NCBI GenBank assembly: GCA_963745835.1
Contig: CAVUZH010000014.1
Location: 32,001-96,000 of the forward strand
Source: an uncultured delta proteobacterium
GTDB lineage: Bacteria; Desulfobacterota; Binatia; UBA9968
DNA length: 64,000 nt
Reading direction: 5' to 3'
Part shown: positions 61,400-64,000 of the stretch, piece by piece
Numbering within the stretch: position 1 is the first letter of the stretch
How the letters are laid out: each line of letters begins with the position of its first letter
Program-made: the position numbers and the translations under genes
Notes under the pieces: model-generated
Told to the model about the DNA's origin: nothing
What the model saw: the letters and a program-made list of their open reading frames with translations, nothing else
The model's database searches: none

Positions 61400-62754
61400 G
61401 CGTTAGCCGAGTTCTCGTTGCCAATCGCGGCGAAATCGCCGTCCGTATTATCAAGGCCTGCCAGTCTTTAGGGATCGAAACCGTTGCCGCCGTTTCCGAA
61501 GCGGATCGCGAAAGTCTCGCGGCAAAATTAGCCGGCCGATCGGTGTGCATCGGCCCGCCGCGGTCGACCGACAGCTATTTGAGAACGGCAACCTTGGTCG
61601 CGGCCGCCCAGGCTACCGGGTGCGACGCGCTTCATCCAGGCTACGGCTTTCTCTCCGAGCGAGCCGAGCTCGCGCAAGCTTGCGCCGATAACAAACTGAC
61701 ATTTGTCGGGCCCAGTGTCGAAAACATCACGATCATGGGCGACAAGCTTCAAGCCAGGCAAATCGCCGGCTCCTCCGGTGTTCCTACGGTGCCGGGATCC
61801 GACCACGCCAGGACTCCAGAGGAAGCTGCTCAGCTGGCCGAGAACGTCGGCTATCCTATCTTGCTCAAAGCATCGGCCGGCGGTGGAGGCCGGGGCATCA
61901 AGCTGGTCTCGAAGCCCGCGGAAATGGAAATGACCTTCAAAACGGCAGCCGCAGAGGCGCAAGCGGCATTTGGCAACAACACGCTTTACATGGAACGCTA
62001 CGTCGGCGATGCGCGGCATATCGAAGTTCAGATATTGGGCGACCATTTCGGCAAGGTCGTTCACTTGGGCGAACGTGACTGCTCGCTGCAGCGCCGTCAT
62101 CAAAAAATCATCGAAGAGGCGCCCGCCTATGCCCTCGCCGCCGACGTGCGGGCAAAGATTTGTGATGCCGCCGCGACTTTGGCTCGCAGCATCGGCTATC
62201 GCAACGCCGGTACCATCGAATTCATTTACGACAACGAAACGCAGGAATTTTTCTTTCTCGAGATGAATACCAGAATTCAGGTCGAGCATCCGATCAGTGA
62301 AATGATTACCGGCGTCGATCTGGTTGCGCAACAACTACTGATCGCCGGCGGCCAACCGCTGTCGTTGGAGCAGTCGGATATCACTTTCACCGGCCACGCC
62401 ATCGAATGCCGCATCAACGCCGAATCGCCGCAACACGGTTTCCGCCCCTGCCCCGGTCGGATCTCCAACTGGCAGGCTCCAGATGGCGCGGGCGTTCGGA
62501 TCGACAGCCACTGCTACTCCGGTTACTTCGTGCCGCCCTATTATGATTCCTTATTGGCCAAGCTGATCGTCCATGGCGCCAATCGCGATCACGCAATCGA
62601 CAAAACCCGGCAAGCCCTGGCTTCCTTCCATGTCGCCGGCATCGACACCGGAATCCCGTTTCTGCAAACCGTCATCGATGACCGGGATTATCAGAGCGGT
62701 CATGTGAATACCCGCTGGCTCGAGAAGAAGCTGGAGGAATACTCACCGGCTTGA
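61396..62754 (+). CDS. accC: Biotin carboxylase
   Basis: VANRGEIA, HPGYGFLSE, GGGGRG, RDCSLQRRHQK, EMNTRIQVEH, YYDSLLAK; ATGA overlap with accB. Confidence 0.93.
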   Translation: MSVSRVLVANRGEIAVRIIKACQSLGIETVAAVSEADRESLAAKLAGRSVCIGPPRSTDSYLRTATLVAAAQATGCDALHPGYGFLSERAELAQACADNKLTFVGPSVENITIMGDKLQARQIAGSSGVPTVPGSDHARTPEEAAQLAENVGYPILLKASAGGGGRGIKLVSKPAEMEMTFKTAAAEAQAAFGNNTLYMERYVGDARHIEVQILGDHFGKVVHLGERDCSLQRRHQKIIEEAPAYALAADVRAKICDAAATLARSIGYRNAGTIEFIYDNETQEFFFLEMNTRIQVEHPISEMITGVDLVAQQLLIAGGQPLSLEQSDITFTGHAIECRINAESPQHGFRPCPGRISNWQAPDGAGVRIDSHCYSGYFVPPYYDSLLAKLIVHGANRDHAIDKTRQALASFHVAGIDTGIPFLQTVIDDRDYQSGHVNTRWLEKKLEEYSPA

Positions 62755-62810
62755 AGATGAATCAAATGCGGCAAGCTGAAGTTATCAGAATATAGCGATG
62801 AGATCCAAAG

Positions 62811-62889
62811 GCGTACCCCCGAAAATCTCAATCGGGGGTCCAGTTCCGGTCTCGCCTGGATTCCCGATACAAGCATTCGGGAATGACGG
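62811..62889. repeat. REP-like double hairpin
   Basis: ACCCCCGA..TCGGGGGT-CCAG ... CTGG-ATTCCCGA..TCGGGAAT-GAC: two hairpins arranged as an inverted doublet. Confidence 0.65.
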
Positions 62890-62937
62890 ACTATAAGTGG
62901 GAATAACTCTTTAGCACCGTGTCATCGAAGCTAAATT

Positions 62938-63066
62938 GCAGGCTGTTCAAAAAGGTCTCAGATGCGAGGCGCGCGAAGTTCGATGAGCTGGAGACGTACG
63001 CTTCAGTACGTTGAAGCGAGTCGGGCGAGCGCAACGACGCAGGTGAGCCTTTTTCAACCAGCCTGC
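62938..63066 (+). mobile_element. MITE-like element, best-preserved copy C
   Basis: Terminal inverted repeats GCAGGCTGTTCAAAAAGG / CCTTTTTCAACCAGCCTGC, central hairpin CGTAC-GCTTCA-GTACG, and two homologous copies elsewhere in the window. Confidence 0.65.
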
Positions 63067-63077
63067 CAAGGATAGAC

Positions 63078-64000
63078 ATGAGTGAAGTGAAATTCGTCGA
63101 TACAACCCTGCGCGATGGGCAAGCCAGCCTGTGGGCAGAGAATATGCGCACTGGGATGATGTTGGCGGTAGCGGAACGCATCGACAATGCCGGCTTTCAA
63201 GCGATCGAGCTGATCGCTTCCAGCCACATCAAAAAATGCGTGCGCGAGCTCAAGGAAGATCCCTTCGAACGTATTCGCCTGGTTGCCGATAAAATCAGGA
63301 AAACTCCGTTGCGCGCAATCGGCGCCGAACGCATCAGCGCATTCGAATTGACCCCGGATTCGGTTGTCGAGCTCTGGTTTGAGCGCCTGGTCGCCAATGG
63401 CATCAAGCAGCTACGAATCTCCGATCCGGCCAACGATCCCGCGGGTTGGCGTAAATCCGTTAGCCGGGCCAAGCGCAACGGCCTCGGCACGGTGCTGAAT
63501 CTAATCTTTTCAGTTTCGCCCAAACACAGCGATGAGTACTACCGGCGTAAGGCAGGCGAAGCCGCCGCCCTCAAACCGGACTACATCTGCCTAAAAGATC
63601 CCGGCGGACTGCTGACTCCCGAGCGCACTTCGGCTCTGATCAAAGTGATTCAAGAACGATCGCCCGGTTTTCCTATCGAGCTCCACGTTCATTGCACCAC
63701 CGGCTTAGGTCCGCTGTGCGCGCTGGAAGCGGTGAAACTGGGCGTACAGGTGATAGACACATCGGTTCCGCCCCTGGCCAACGCTTCTTCTAATCCATCG
63801 ATTTTCAACGTCGCCCAGAATGCCCGGGCTTTGGGTTATTCACCGGTCATCGACGAGCAAGAGCTCGGATCGGTAGCCCGTGATCTCACGGTTTTCGCCA
63901 AGCAGGAAGAGATGCCCCTCGGCGCGCCCGTGGAATACGATTATTCCCAGTATGTTCACCAGGTGCCCGGCGGCATGATCTCTAACTTTCATCATCAGCT
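63078..64000 (+). CDS. Pyruvate carboxylase beta / oxaloacetate decarboxylase alpha-like carboxyltransferase, 3' truncated by the window
   Basis: Manual translation MSEVKFVDTTLRDGQASLW...CLKDPGGLL...ELHVHCTTG...HQVPGGMISNF, open to the window end. Confidence 0.88.
   Translation, partial: MSEVKFVDTTLRDGQASLWAENMRTGMMLAVAERIDNAGFQAIELIASSHIKKCVRELKEDPFERIRLVADKIRKTPLRAIGAERISAFELTPDSVVELWFERLVANGIKQLRISDPANDPAGWRKSVSRAKRNGLGTVLNLIFSVSPKHSDEYYRRKAGEAAALKPDYICLKDPGGLLTPERTSALIKVIQERSPGFPIELHVHCTTGLGPLCALEAVKLGVQVIDTSVPPLANASSNPSIFNVAQNARALGYSPVIDEQELGSVARDLTVFAKQEEMPLGAPVEYDYSQYVHQVPGGMISNFHHQ

Overview
A bacterial chromosomal window with no rRNA, tRNA or CRISPR array that I can recognise. The left third (1-20.4 kb) is housekeeping: miaA, mutL, glpX, an apgM-like gene, hom, alaC, recG and a pyr operon (pyrR, pyrB fusion, carA, carB). 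The rest is accessory: two catabolic-looking operons (orphan molybdopterin large subunits, UbiD, amidohydrolases, M19/M20 hydrolases, an LLM oxidoreductase, five NMT1/SsuA-like binding proteins without permeases), an addB-addA pair, a sigma-54 two-component module, and a three-gene biotin-dependent carboxylase cut by the window end. This gene mix suggests a Binatota/deltaproteobacterium-like genome (inference). Several conserved genes carry single-base frameshifts, most likely consensus errors. The strongest candidate for an undescribed system is a ~640-aa aspartate transcarbamoylase fusing PyrB (with a 36-aa duplicated insertion), the PyrI zinc domain only, an Ada-like module and a PyrR domain that has lost its RNA-binding helix residues. 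It is encoded behind a second, RNA-binding-type PyrR and a clear PyrR attenuator. Also notable: a 48-aa zinc-ribbon ORF missed by the ORF track between UbiD and a Mo subunit, a divergent keto-acid carboxyltransferase, and a three-copy MITE-like repeat. No database searches were run; all calls rest on motif recognition.
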